Made by a program: the position numbers and the translations under genes. The notes under the pieces are model-generated. The model was not told where the DNA came from, ran no database searches, and worked only from the letters and a program-made list of their open reading frames with translations. Source: Podarcis bocagei (lineage: Eukaryota). From it: a DNA stretch of 64,000 nucleotides. The stretch lies in NCBI GenBank assembly GCA_964188305.1, contig OZ076886.1; one strand, written 5' to 3'. How positions within the stretch are numbered: position 1 is the first letter of the stretch; every line of letters begins with the position of its first letter. Positions 1 to 52,719 of the stretch are shown here, piece by piece.

Positions 1-808
1 TTCAACAAAGGTTATATTAGCAAAGACATTGTGGTGTTTGGCCATATGGTCAATACCTAGAGGTTCTTAAAGCTCATTGTGGTGAAACTCCCACAATTGC
101 AGAAATCTAGAGCATGACAACTCTAACAACAATGAATCTACAGTAGTCCTTAACTCAGATATAGCACCAAGTGCATTAGGGGAGAAAGGAAAGGTGCAAT
201 CAAGATCCTAAGGGGCTCTTTGCTTGCATTTAGATTTTCTAAGAAGGAACTACTGCCTCTGTTATTCTTGAATGAGGAATTAGATAAGTGGAGGTCCATT
301 AGACAGATATTATTGAACCTTAAATAACTAAAGTGTAATTTATAGGAAGTTAACAAAGAATGTCATGTCTTCCCTAGCAATTCCATTGCCTTCTAAAGTC
401 AGTTACCACCATGCCTCCTTAATACATAAACCAAACCATATTGAGGGGCTTTGCCCATGTCTGCCTTTGGACCTGTCTCTAGGTCTCACTTTTTTGACTG
501 TGTGTGGGCATAAAAAGTGTAAGTTGTGTAATGGGGGGGGTGAGAGAGAGAGAGATCTCTAAGAGTCTCAGGAGCTCTGCAAGGTATTTGTGTCATGCTT
601 TGTTCTGATTAAAACAAAGTTATTTGTCTGCAAGTCACGCATTTCAAATTAGAAGTTGGAAATTTTTGAGGTTAAAAGTGAAACTTTCAGATAGTTAAAA
701 GTGGCTAAAAATAAGCAACTTCCTCTTGGCATTTCAAATTTTCCAGTTCAGGTTTTGTTCATTAGCTCCATTCTGGCTGCTGTGTCTTACCTCATTATTG
801 TTTCCTAG

Positions 809-42501
<41,693 letters not shown>

Positions 42502-43791
42502 ACAGAGCTTTTTTCTCCCTCTCAAAAGACTCGTTTGTATTTTAAAGTACTAGTGCTTTTACTGGTAACTAATTCATTACCTGATGATAGCTTGTCAAAG
42601 CTTAGCTTTTTGCTCAGTTTATTGCGACTCTCTTTCTTTGACGAATGCAACAAAATTTCTGTATACATTTTTAATTCATCATGCCTATATTATTTAAGGG
42701 TAGTAGAATCTACTCTTCCACAATCTATCATTATTAGCAGTACTATCTGGGTGTTGGGAGAGGAATTTATGGGTAATGCCCAGTATCTGTGTTGATCTAG
42801 CTTGCCTTTTCTTTCTTTGTATACTTCAGTTAATACTAGTTGTACCTCCTAATTGTCCGTATCAATGCAGTGCATATGTTTGTTTACTTCCTGTGGAAAT
42901 TGTATTTTTATAGTTTCATAATGAGGCTTAATGCAAATAAGGAAGAGAGATACAAGGACATAAGCCAAAAACATGAAAGGGATATATGCTTCTAAAAGAC
43001 TAAAGTTTTAGCTTGGTTACAGATTTTATTAATTTATTTTGAGACTCAGGAATGAAAGTGCTGCACTATTACATTCTCACACCCTTTAGCCTTATAAATA
43101 ATTTGATTTTTCCAGTTTAGAAAGTAGTTATGCTGTAATAACTATTAAACAGCTGTGCTTTTTTTGTGCAAGAATTGTAGTAGGGTCTCCTCTCACCTAA
43201 AAATAGTCAGCATACACTTCACCAGTTGCTGCAAGTACCATGACCCTCTGCTACCATGACCTGTAAATGAAATTTTTATTATAGTTATTATTTGACTATG
43301 CAGCGTGTTTTTTTAAAAAACAGGAACAGTTTTATTTTAATGAAAAGTTTATTTTAAGCTGAGTCTTTTTTTAAAGAAAATAATGTTGATATAAAGTGGG
43401 TGATTGTGTATTTTTTTAGTTCTTTGCAAATGTTAAATACCTCAACAGAAACTGGCCACATTTGGGCATCATGCTAAATCAGCACTGGTGAATGTCTTTA
43501 GTTCCATGGGCCAGATCCTTACCCAAATAGGTCTCGTGGGTCAAATTTGGACAGGTAAGTGACCTACTTGTCAATCTCTTGGTGTTAGAAATGACATTTC
43601 TATCCTTTGAAGTGCCAAATGTCTGGAAGGCAAGGCACTCCTAAAAGCAAACTTTCCCCCTTTGTTTGCAGTGAAACAGCTTCTGAAATTAAGAGAAAAA
43701 TTTGCTTTTAGCAGTACCTTGCTGCCTGCTGCATACTTAGAAAATTAGCCAAATTGAGCAGGTAGGGGTGCACAACAGAGTTTCCTACAGG

Positions 43792-44240
43792 GAGCTCTCT
43801 TGCACACCCAGATCCAGCAAGGTTGCCCTTGCTGCGTTCCTGCTTTGTGCAGCGCTTCAGAGGCTCCCGACAATCAGTTTGTTATTAGATGCTTTGGAAG
43901 ATGCACAAGGAGGCTTTGGCCAAAGGTGCCCTTTTGGCTGAGTCAAGCCCCACCTTTACCTGTATGATTCCGTGTGTAGGAAACACCCAAACCACCCTGG
44001 TGGGCCAAAATTGGCCACACAAAACAAGGAAATGCAAAATAGGCCTGCAAGAGTAAGGTTCCTCACCTGTGTGCTAAAAAAAAAAAAGTAGCTCCAAGGA
44101 TGAGTCATCTGAATCCTAAACTGTGGCTAATGCTGATTAGAATATTCAGATTTATAACCTGTGGTTTTAAGTTGCCTTGTTTCAGTGAGCCAAAGCAACA
44201 AAGAATTCCAGTTTGTCGGGTCTGAAGAATATGGCAAGTT
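43792..44240 (+). repeat. Source copy of the 449/450-bp duplication
   Basis: GAGCTCTCTTGCACACC...ATGGCAAGTT, repeated at 52270-52719. Confidence 0.97.
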
Positions 44241-45552
44241 GTAGTGAATCTAAACTAGAAATGAAAGCTTCCACATTCCTCCTGGGTGCATGGGAGTGGG
44301 GCTCATACAAGCCCAAAGCCTACTGTGGTTTATTGTCCAAGGCTCCAATGTGGCCAGTGAGTCTCAGTGAGCATCTCTTGACCTGATACTGTGGCCTGGA
44401 TTAGGACCCTTATACTTGAAGTGCTGCACGAGTGTCATGGAAATGTGAATAAGGGAGGGGACACAAAAGAGCAGCTCAGTCCTCACAAACTGACTTCCGC
44501 AACAGGAAATATTTTTGTTGTGCTTCTATATGGTTGCGACCTTCCCACGTGAACATGGGGTGCCCTATCTCTACTGACGTCAGTGCAGTTACTGTTCACT
44601 TCGAGCAGGACAAAATTTTCCCCAAGGATTTAGAAGTAACAGCATACCACCACATATAGTATAAATTTGAACTGGAAACTTCACATGGTTTTTTGTGGAC
44701 TTTTCTTCCTTCCTTCTTTTATACAATGGCTGCTGGGAAGTTCAGTGTCTACAACAACCAGCAGTTTGGTTCTTTGATGCCATAGCAGTAAGGAACTCAA
44801 AGATTGACCTGGAGTAATTGTTTCTAAATTCCAATTCATTAGCTCAAAGCTTCTCAAATGCCTGGCTGTTCAGTATTTACTGGGCCCAGAAGTAGGTCGC
44901 TGTGCAAATGCAGTGTTGCCAATCTGCCAGGAAACAAGACTGCCAATAAATACAAAGGTGAAGTTTTTGCAGAGGTTCAACAAAAAAGAATGTGATGTTT
45001 ACCAGTGAATATTCTCTAGGTCTGGTCTTTGGACTGTGGGTGACATCCAGCTGTGGCAGCCCACTTGTGCAACAGATTTCTGCTCAGGCAATAGGCTTTC
45101 CCTTTCTTTTCCTTCCTCCTACAATCCCCAACTGATCCAAAACTGCCATGAAGATTTGGAGAACCCTCTGGAATAGATCAGTGACATGGGGTGGGGGGCT
45201 ACAAGAGGCAGGAGAGCGGTGGGGTCCCATCACATTATCTGATGTGACATTGGATATCACCCACTGCCTGGTGTTGGAATTGTATCATAAACACCTTCTA
45301 TTCAACCCTAAGTGTTAATAATTAACATTTAACAGGGGACAGTTTAGAATAATAAATCTTAGTGCCTAATTCTAACACTGTGAATGTATGTGACTGTGAA
45401 CAATCCTTATTGTGATGCTTAAAAAAAATGTCAATGCAGGGAATATTTCATGGAAAATTTGAAAGTCGTACAAAGATACTGTGACAAAGTTGTATTTGTA
45501 TATTGAAAACACAAAGTTTTTGTTTGGTTTCCTACAGTTTATTTGCTTGAGA

Positions 45553-45558
45553 AATAAA
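45553..45558 (+). terminator. Candidate NUP210 polyadenylation signal AATAAA
   Basis: AATAAA preceded by TGTA and T-rich upstream elements (45491-45540); alternatives at 44945 and 45351. Confidence 0.45.
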
Positions 45559-46397
45559 GATACGCTTTAACACATAAGCATTGCCTGAAAATGATTAAAT
45601 ATACACATTCAACCTTAGACATTTTTGTAATATAATCATGATGAGATGGATGTATAAATTGGTAACAAGGGAAGAGAAAACGTACAAATGCAATACAAAA
45701 TAATAAGAATAAACAAAAGGCCCTGGAAGAAGAGGAGGGGGGCGTTGACGTTAACTGTCTTTTCACAATGTCCATGTTTTTGTTTTCTCACCTAGCTGTC
45801 AAATGAATAGCCTTTACATCTGGGGATAGCATTTCCTTCTAATTCAAAGACAAATACTGAGTTCATTGGGAGACAGCCAGAGGCTCCCTGCTGCCCTAGG
45901 AATGTCTTTCAAGTAAAGTAGGCAGTGCTGTTTCCCATAGTATTTGGTACCATTGGTCCATGCTTACTCCTTTTTTTTTTTTTTATATAGATTTTTTATT
46001 GCGTTTCTTTTCACAGGTTAACAAATTTGTTTACATGGCAACATACAAGAAACATTTTTTATATATATGTATATGAAGAAAAATAAACAAAGAAAAAATA
46101 TTAAGAAACTTTCCTTAACGTCCTTCAACAGTCCTTCAACTTTTGGACCTCCTCACATCCTCTCAGCATTGCATTCATTGTTCTAGCCAGTTCAGCAATT
46201 TGTTATCTTGTTTCTCATCTTATTATACCTTTAAATATATTATGTTACCAATTTCAAAAATTTGTAATTTAATTTTAAGACTCTTAATAAACATAATATT
46301 TTGTTTCAAATATGTCTCGTTTTTTCCATCAATGCTTACTTTATCATTTGCTTAAAATAAAATGCAGAAGCATAATATTTCTTAATCGTGCGCTATC

Positions 46398-49300
46398 TTA
46401 ACATTCAAACAACTTATAATGTTTTTGCAAATAGTCCTTAAATTTTTTCCAGTCCTCCTCCATTGTTTCTTCGCTCAGATCTCGGATTCTGCCAGTCATT
46501 TCTGCCAACTCCATGTAGTCCATCAACTGCGTCTGCCAGTCCTCCAGTGTGGGTAAATCTGGTGTTTTCCAGAACTTAGCGATGAGAATCCTAGCTGCTG
46601 TGGTTGCATACATAAACAAGGTTCTGTCCTTCTTTGGCACCTTCCGGTCCACCATGCCCAGGAGAAAGGCCTCTGGTTTCTTAGAAAAGGTATATTTAAA
46701 TACCTTTTTCAGCTCATTATGTATCATTTCCCAAAAGGCCTTTACTTTCGGGCAGGTCCACCAGAGGTGAAAGAATGTCCCTTCTGCCTCCTTGCATTTC
46801 CAACACTTATTATCAGAAAGATGATATATTTTAGCCAACTTGACTGGGGTCATGTACCACCGGTATACCATTTTCATAATGTTCTCTTTCAAGGCACTAC
46901 ATGCCGTGAATTTCATACCGGTGTTCCATAACCTTTCCCAGTCCTCAGACATAATGTTGTGTCCTACATCCTGTGCCCATTTAATCATAGCAGATTTAAC
47001 TGTCTCATCCTGTGTGTTCCATTTAAGCAGCAAGTCATACATTCTTGAAAATACCTTAGTCCTTGGTTCTAATAACTCCGTCTCCAGTTTCGATTTCTCC
47101 AACTGGAAACCCACTTTTTTATCCATTTTGAATACCTCTTGAATTTGAGCATAATGTAACCAATCTCGCACCTTACCTTTTAGTTTATCCTGGCTTTGGA
47201 GCTTCCAATTATCTCCAACTCTTTCAATCAATTCCCAATATTTTGGCCAATAGGCCTCCATATTGGGCCTTTTTTTAGAAATCTTAGCTTCCACAGGTGA
47301 TAACCACCTCGGGGTCTTACTTTCTAATAGATCCTTATACTTCATCCAGACGGCAAAAATTGATTTTCTGACAATATGGTTTTTAAACAGTTTGTGAATC
47401 TTCGCCTTGTCATACCACAAATATGCATGCCAACCATACACATTGTCAAACCCTTCCAGATCTAGGACATCGGTGTTTTCCAACAGAAACCAATCCTTCA
47501 ACCAGCAGAAGGCTGCAGCTTCGTAGTACAACCTTAAGTCCGGCAGGGCAAATCCCCCTCTGTCTTTTGAGTCGGTTAGTATTTTAAATTTTATTCGGGG
47601 CTTTTTGCCCTGCCAGACAAACTTAGAGATATCCTTCTGCCATTTTCCAAAGCATTCCATTCTGTCCACGACCTGAAGGGTTTGAAATAAGAATAACATT
47701 TTTGGCAAAACACACATCTTTATAGCTGCGATTCGGCCTGACAAGGTAAGTTTCAATCTTGACCATATATCCAAGTCTTTTTTGATTTCCAACCAACATT
47801 TTTCATAGTTATCTTTAAAAAGATTTAAATTTTTAGTGGACAAGGATACTCCCAGGTATTTCACTTTTTTAACCACACTTAACTCTGTCTCTTTCTGATA
47901 CCCCTCTATCTCTGTAGGTGTCAGATTTTTAACCAAAACCTTAGTTTTTTGTTTGTTTAACTTAAATCCCGCCACCCGACCAAACTCCAGGATAAGTTCC
48001 AAAACTCTTTTTGTGCTAGATTCTGGCTCCTGTAATGTCAAGACTAAGTCATCTGCGAAAGCTTTCAATTTGTATTGTTTCGCTCCGACCACTATACCTT
48101 GCACCAACTGGTCCTCCCTAATCATATTCAGCAATACCTCCAGAACAGAAATAAATAGCAGAGGGGATAAAGGGCACCCCTGTCGTGTCCCTTTTTCAAT
48201 TCGAAGTTCCTCCGATACCACATTGTTCACTATCAGTTTAGCTTTTTGTTCTGCATAAATTGCTTCTAATCCATTTTCAAACCCCCGTCCCACTCCCATC
48301 CCTTTCAAGTTCTTCTTCATAAACATCCAAGAAATGTTGTCAAATGCTTTCTCCGCATCAATAAAGATTAAAGCAGCCCTTGTATTTCTAATTCGCAACA
48401 GCTCCAATATATCAATAATGTTCCTGGTATTGTCCGACATGTGTCTACCAGGGAGAAAGCCTGCTTGGTCCTTGTGAATTACTTCATTTAATACATTTTT
48501 AAGTCTACTTGCTAAAATGTCTGCAAATATTTTGTAATCCACATTCAGGAGTGAGATGGGACGGTAGTTCTTAAGCTGAGTCTTTTCCCTTTCTGACTTG
48601 GGAATCAATGTGATGAATGCTTCTTTCCACGTTTCCGGTGCCTTTCTCCCCTCCATGATCTGGTTACAAACCTCCAACAACGGTTGTATCAAGAAATCCT
48701 TCAAAGTTTTATAATATTTGGAGGTGAGTCCGTCCGGGCCTGGAGATTTGCCCAGCTGCATGTTTTGGATGGCACCTTCAATTTCCTGTTGAGTTATTTT
48801 GCTGTTAAGGATTGATCTTTTATCTTGGCTTATTTTAGGTAGTCCATTTGTTTCCAGAAATTGGTCCATTTCCGATTCTTTCTGAGGCCCCTGTGCGTAG
48901 AGCTCTTTGAAATATCTGTGGAAACACTTTCTTATTTCTTCTGGTTTCTGAACTATTTTTCCTTGAATCTCCAAATTTGTAACCGTATTTAACTTTTGTC
49001 TTTTTTTCAATTGCCAAGCCAGCAACTTTCCACATTTATTTGCTGATTCAAACGATCTCTGCTTCATTTGTTTGATTTTCCACTCAATCTCTTGATTGAT
49101 CAGTTTCGAATATTGTGCTTGATGAAATTTGATCTCTCTTAGCACCTCTTTTGACTTTGGTTTAATTCTCAGCTTTTTCTCTCCTTCACTTATTTTCTCT
49201 AAAATTTTTTCTTTTTTTCCATTCCAATATTTTCTTTTTATCGAATTCTGTTGAATCAGAAACCCTCTCATTACAGCTTTACTTGCGTCCCAGATTGTTC

Positions 49301-50138
49301 TTTTCTCCACCGTAGTGTTCAAATTTATTTCAAAGTAGTCCTTTAATGTTTTTTGGGCCTTCTTCACAATCTCTTGATCTCTTAACAAGGTGTCATTCAT
49401 TCTCCATCTGAAGGATCCAGTTGGAAAAAGTCTCAGTTCCATTTTTAAGGCATTATGGTCGGAGCAGGTTTTTGGGCAGATTTCCACTTTTCTCGTTTTC
49501 GGAGCCAGCCCTCTAGATATCCAAATTTGGTCGATTCGTGTCCATGACAAGTGGGCCTCAGAATAGAAGGTTCCTTCTTTACCCAAGGGGTTCCTTGTCC
49601 TCCAGATGTCAATCAAGTCCATATTGTCTGTCATTTCAAAAAAGGTTTTAGGGAGTCTGCCGTCTGTTGTCAAGTTTTGATTTTGGGATTTGTCCATATT
49701 TGTAGACACCACCCCATTCATATCTCCCATCACAATGATATTAGCATAGTCCAAATAGTCCATCATTGTCTCATGCAGCTTCTTGTAGAATTCTGATTTT
49801 CCATCATTTGGCGCATAAATTCCTAATATCAAAATCTTCTCTCCTTGTGTTTGAATTTCAATTGCGAGAATTCTTCCATGATCATCTTTGAATAAAAATT
49901 TTGGCGACAGGTTCTCCTTTGCATAAATTACAACACCTCTTTTTTTAACTTTGTCTGATGAGATAAATTCTTGACCAAGTCTTTTATTGATTAATACTTT
50001 CCTGTGGAGCCTAGTCACATGTGTTTCTTGCAAACATATTACATCCAATTGTTCTTTTTTTAGGATATGAAATATCCTTCTCCTTTTTTCCGGAGAATTC
50101 CCGCCATTTATGTTCCAACTAAGTAGCTGCAGAGACAT
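46398..50138 (-). CDS. L1 ORF2p: APE endonuclease + reverse transcriptase + C-terminal CCHC (1246 aa)
   Basis: Endonuclease motifs SWNING, LQETH, YAPN, GDMN, RIDQ, SDHN; RT motifs KSPGPDG, NYRPISLLN, DAEKAFD, GTRQGCPLSP, FADD, KYLG; CWKC-x-GTFFHLWWTC; no stops. Confidence 0.97.
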   Translation of the reverse strand: MSLQLLSWNINGGNSPEKRRRIFHILKKEQLDVICLQETHVTRLHRKVLINKRLGQEFISSDKVKKRGVVIYAKENLSPKFLFKDDHGRILAIEIQTQGEKILILGIYAPNDGKSEFYKKLHETMMDYLDYANIIVMGDMNGVVSTNMDKSQNQNLTTDGRLPKTFFEMTDNMDLIDIWRTRNPLGKEGTFYSEAHLSWTRIDQIWISRGLAPKTRKVEICPKTCSDHNALKMELRLFPTGSFRWRMNDTLLRDQEIVKKAQKTLKDYFEINLNTTVEKRTIWDASKAVMRGFLIQQNSIKRKYWNGKKEKILEKISEGEKKLRIKPKSKEVLREIKFHQAQYSKLINQEIEWKIKQMKQRSFESANKCGKLLAWQLKKRQKLNTVTNLEIQGKIVQKPEEIRKCFHRYFKELYAQGPQKESEMDQFLETNGLPKISQDKRSILNSKITQQEIEGAIQNMQLGKSPGPDGLTSKYYKTLKDFLIQPLLEVCNQIMEGRKAPETWKEAFITLIPKSEREKTQLKNYRPISLLNVDYKIFADILASRLKNVLNEVIHKDQAGFLPGRHMSDNTRNIIDILELLRIRNTRAALIFIDAEKAFDNISWMFMKKNLKGMGVGRGFENGLEAIYAEQKAKLIVNNVVSEELRIEKGTRQGCPLSPLLFISVLEVLLNMIREDQLVQGIVVGAKQYKLKAFADDLVLTLQEPESSTKRVLELILEFGRVAGFKLNKQKTKVLVKNLTPTEIEGYQKETELSVVKKVKYLGVSLSTKNLNLFKDNYEKCWLEIKKDLDIWSRLKLTLSGRIAAIKMCVLPKMLFLFQTLQVVDRMECFGKWQKDISKFVWQGKKPRIKFKILTDSKDRGGFALPDLRLYYEAAAFCWLKDWFLLENTDVLDLEGFDNVYGWHAYLWYDKAKIHKLFKNHIVRKSIFAVWMKYKDLLESKTPRWLSPVEAKISKKRPNMEAYWPKYWELIERVGDNWKLQSQDKLKGKVRDWLHYAQIQEVFKMDKKVGFQLEKSKLETELLEPRTKVFSRMYDLLLKWNTQDETVKSAMIKWAQDVGHNIMSEDWERLWNTGMKFTACSALKENIMKMVYRWYMTPVKLAKIYHLSDNKCWKCKEAEGTFFHLWWTCPKVKAFWEMIHNELKKVFKYTFSKKPEAFLLGMVDRKVPKKDRTLFMYATTAARILIAKFWKTPDLPTLEDWQTQLMDYMELAEMTGRIRDLSEETMEEDWKKFKDYLQKHYKLFEC

Positions 50139-50159
50139 CCTGTTTTATTTAAAATGTTC

Positions 50160-51239
50160 TTAAAATGGGGTGTCTTCCTTTTTCTCAGATCCCGAGGGTG
50201 TAGGCGTTGGCCCACTTCCGGGCAGTATTGGTGCTGGTAAACCTGGAAGCCAATCCGCTCCTTTTTGGAGATCTTCTCCGTGGTCGTGAAGGAACTTTTG
50301 GTTATCTTCAGGTGTTCTTATTTTAACCTTCCTTTCTTTGTAGGTGAAGGATAATCCCTGTGGAAACTCCCACCTATAGGGAATTGCGTTGTGTCTCAGC
50401 AATTTTGCTAATTCTGTATAGGTGGCTCTAAGGTCCAGCAGTTGCCTCGGGATATCTCTGTAAATTTCCACCCTTTTGTCTTGTATTTCAATTGCTTTTT
50501 TGAAATGAAGGCCTAGGATCTTATCTCTCTCTTCCTTTGTTCTTAAAATTATCAAACAGTCTCTGGATCTGTCTTTCCTTACCAGTCTTCCCAGTCTATA
50601 TGCCGAGACTATCCTGAAATCTGTATCTTCCTTTAAACCCCAGAACTTCGAGAATTCCTGTGTTAAGTATCCAATCAAGTCTCCTTGCTCGAGTTCCGGG
50701 ATGCCTCTCAATTTGATGTTGCTCTCGCGGTTTTTCAGTTCCACCATTGACAGATAGACTTGTTGTTCACCCACCTGTTTGTGCAGGGGCCTAACTTCTC
50801 CTTTTATTTCTTCAACCTCTTTTTGTAGAACTCCCACTTTCTGGATTGCTTCTCCAGCTAATTCCCGATTTTCCGCTGTTGCTCCTTGCAATTTCTCTAT
50901 GGCTTGCGTGTGCTGGGAAACTTGGTCAGTCAATTTTTGAATCGAGGAAGTTGCTTTATCTATCTTCACAGACTGGTCGTCCACCTTCTGGTTCAGACTT
51001 GATAATTGCTCCAATATTTGTTTTAATAGTGTATCTGACCCACCTGCTGCCATATCTTCCTCAGTGGACTTCTCAGTTGTTTCCCCTTGTTCTCTATGGG
51101 TCACCAGTACAGCTGGAACCGACGAACGGCGTCCTTGGGTCAACGTTGTTTGTACAAATTGTCTTCTTTCCTTTTCTTTTTCCTTAGCCTCTTTAGTTTC
51201 CTTTGCTTTAGATGCTCTTGTTCTCCCTGCACCACTCAT
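50160..51239 (-). CDS. L1 ORF1p (coiled coil + RRM + CTD), 359 aa from the first ATG
   Basis: First ATG at 51239 (the ORF track starts at an upstream TTG, 51266); heptad-rich coiled coil, RRM-entry motif RESNIKLRGIPE, CTD-like YRWEFPQGL; ends 21 nt before ORF2. Confidence 0.9.
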   Translation of the reverse strand: MSGAGRTRASKAKETKEAKEKEKERRQFVQTTLTQGRRSSVPAVLVTHREQGETTEKSTEEDMAAGGSDTLLKQILEQLSSLNQKVDDQSVKIDKATSSIQKLTDQVSQHTQAIEKLQGATAENRELAGEAIQKVGVLQKEVEEIKGEVRPLHKQVGEQQVYLSMVELKNRESNIKLRGIPELEQGDLIGYLTQEFSKFWGLKEDTDFRIVSAYRLGRLVRKDRSRDCLIILRTKEERDKILGLHFKKAIEIQDKRVEIYRDIPRQLLDLRATYTELAKLLRHNAIPYRWEFPQGLSFTYKERKVKIRTPEDNQKFLHDHGEDLQKGADWLPGLPAPILPGSGPTPTPSGSEKKEDTPF

Positions 51240-51799
51240 TACACATCTGTCAATGTTCAAGGTCAAATTGTCTGTTGTTCCATGGGAAAGGCAAATTCAG
51301 AAGTAAACAACCAGTGAGATGGAATTCAAAACAAAAGTCAGTTCCCAGGATTTTATAATCCGAAAGCCCTGTAGGGGGAGTACCACCAGGTTTCAAAGAC
51401 AAAGAAGGAAGTAATCCGCCATTAAAGTTCCAAATTGTTTCAAAACAGTAGATTCATTAGTCCAAAAGTCCCTTCATAAACTCAAAGTTTCCCAAAGCAC
51501 CTTTTATAGATCAACAAAGTTTCATGAAAGGTGCTTGTGACAGTATCCCATTCAGTCTTTTCTGCTCAAATATAACAGTTACGTTTCAGCAAAGTTTTGC
51601 AACTGTTTCCGCAGTTTGACACAGTCTCTCTCTCTGGCAGCCCGACAATCTGGCTCTTTAAAGAAGACAGCCCAAAGGAGAAAAAAGATAGGAGGAAAGT
51701 CACCATTTACTACTTCTTTTAGTCAATGTCCATTTCCACCTTCAGCTCAGTAAAATAAGCAGATCTTATAGCACGAAAAAGTTTAAGCTTCCCACAGTC

Positions 51800-52269
51800 C
51801 CGTTTCAAACGCTTCCGTTTTTAAAAGCTTTGCTTTGATCTTGTCAGCAATGTCGGAAGACGGACTTCCCTTTTCTCGTCTCCCGCTTTCAGCCAAATTT
51901 ACCGGATTTCTTCTGCCAAATTTAAAACCCCTTTACTCACGGGTATGTTGCTTGCAGTTTAGCGTTGATTTTAGGAAGAAGGATCAGCGCTCATCTGTAA
52001 CAGCCGCGCGGCTTCGCTTCCGCGGAAAGAGCGATGAACTCACAGCACCGCTACCCCTCCTTCACTCCGGGTCTCCTTACGGGGTCCCTTCTGTGTTTTC
52101 GGAGCAGCTTCTGGTGCCCGCCGAGTCCCACGGCCACGGGCTCCCTCTACCCGTGGTTTATCTTGATGGGTCGTCGCTATGCCGCAGCGAACGACCCTTT
52201 TCCGCGGAGCCCCTCTTCAGAGCTCGAAGAGGACCGCCATTACAGTTTCGCGCCGCCCCCGGAAGTCCT
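51800..52269 (-). promoter_or_regulatory. CpG-rich L1 internal promoter region
   Basis: Sharp local rise in GC and CpG; ETS-type CCGGAAGT at the extreme 5' end; YY1-like ATGGCGG about 30 nt in. Confidence 0.6.
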
Positions 52270-52719
52270 GAGCTCTCTTGCACACCCAGATCCAGCAAGG
52301 TTGCCCTTGCTGCGTTCCTGCTTTGTGCAGCGCTTCAGAGGCTCCCGACAATCAGTTTGTTATTAGATGCTTTGGAAGATGCACAAGGAGGCTTTGGCCA
52401 AAGGTGCCCTTTTGGCTGAGTCAAGCCCCACCTTTACCTGTATGATTCCGTGTGTAGGAAACACCCAAACCACCCTGGTGGGCCAAAATTGGCCACACAA
52501 AACAAGGAAATGCAAAATAGGCCTGCAAGAGTAAGGTTCCTCACCTGTGTGCTAAAAAAAAAAAAAGTAGCTCCAAGGATGAGTCATCTGAATCCTAAAC
52601 TGTGGCTAATGCTGATTAGAATATTCAGATTTATAACCTGTGGTTTTAAGTTGCCTTGTTTCAGTGAGCCAAAGCAACAAAGAATTCCAGTTTGTCGGGT
52701 CTGAAGAATATGGCAAGTT
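52270..52719 (+). repeat. 450-bp direct copy of 43792-44240 (NUP210 3'UTR), fused to the L1 5' end inside the TSD
   Basis: Base-by-base comparison: identical except A12 vs A13 in one homopolymer. Confidence 0.97.

Larger units (their letters stand above)
42502..45580 (+). other. NUP210: Probable NUP210 3'UTR (3' end uncertain)
   Basis: AT/T-rich sequence after the stop codon; AATAAA at 44945, 45351 and 45553. Confidence 0.55.
45971..52269 (-). mobile_element. Full-length, apparently intact LINE-1-clade retrotransposon (~6.3 kb)
   Basis: Poly(A) tail seen as T14 at 45971-45984; AATAAA on - strand at 45995-46000; ~410-nt 3'UTR; ORF2; 21-nt spacer; ORF1; ~1 kb 5'UTR with a CpG-rich 5' end starting GGACTTCCGG; TSD TTACTCCT at 45964-45971 and 52718-52725. 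Confidence 0.95.

Noticed and set aside
46549-49796. Several + strand ORFs overlapping L1 ORF2
   Set aside because: Antisense shadows of a long coding frame, with no independent evidence.
43792-52719. 450-bp direct repeats read as LTRs of an LTR retrotransposon
   Set aside because: No TG...CA ends, PBS/PPT or integrase. The enclosed element is a poly(A)-tailed L1, and its TSD excludes the left repeat.
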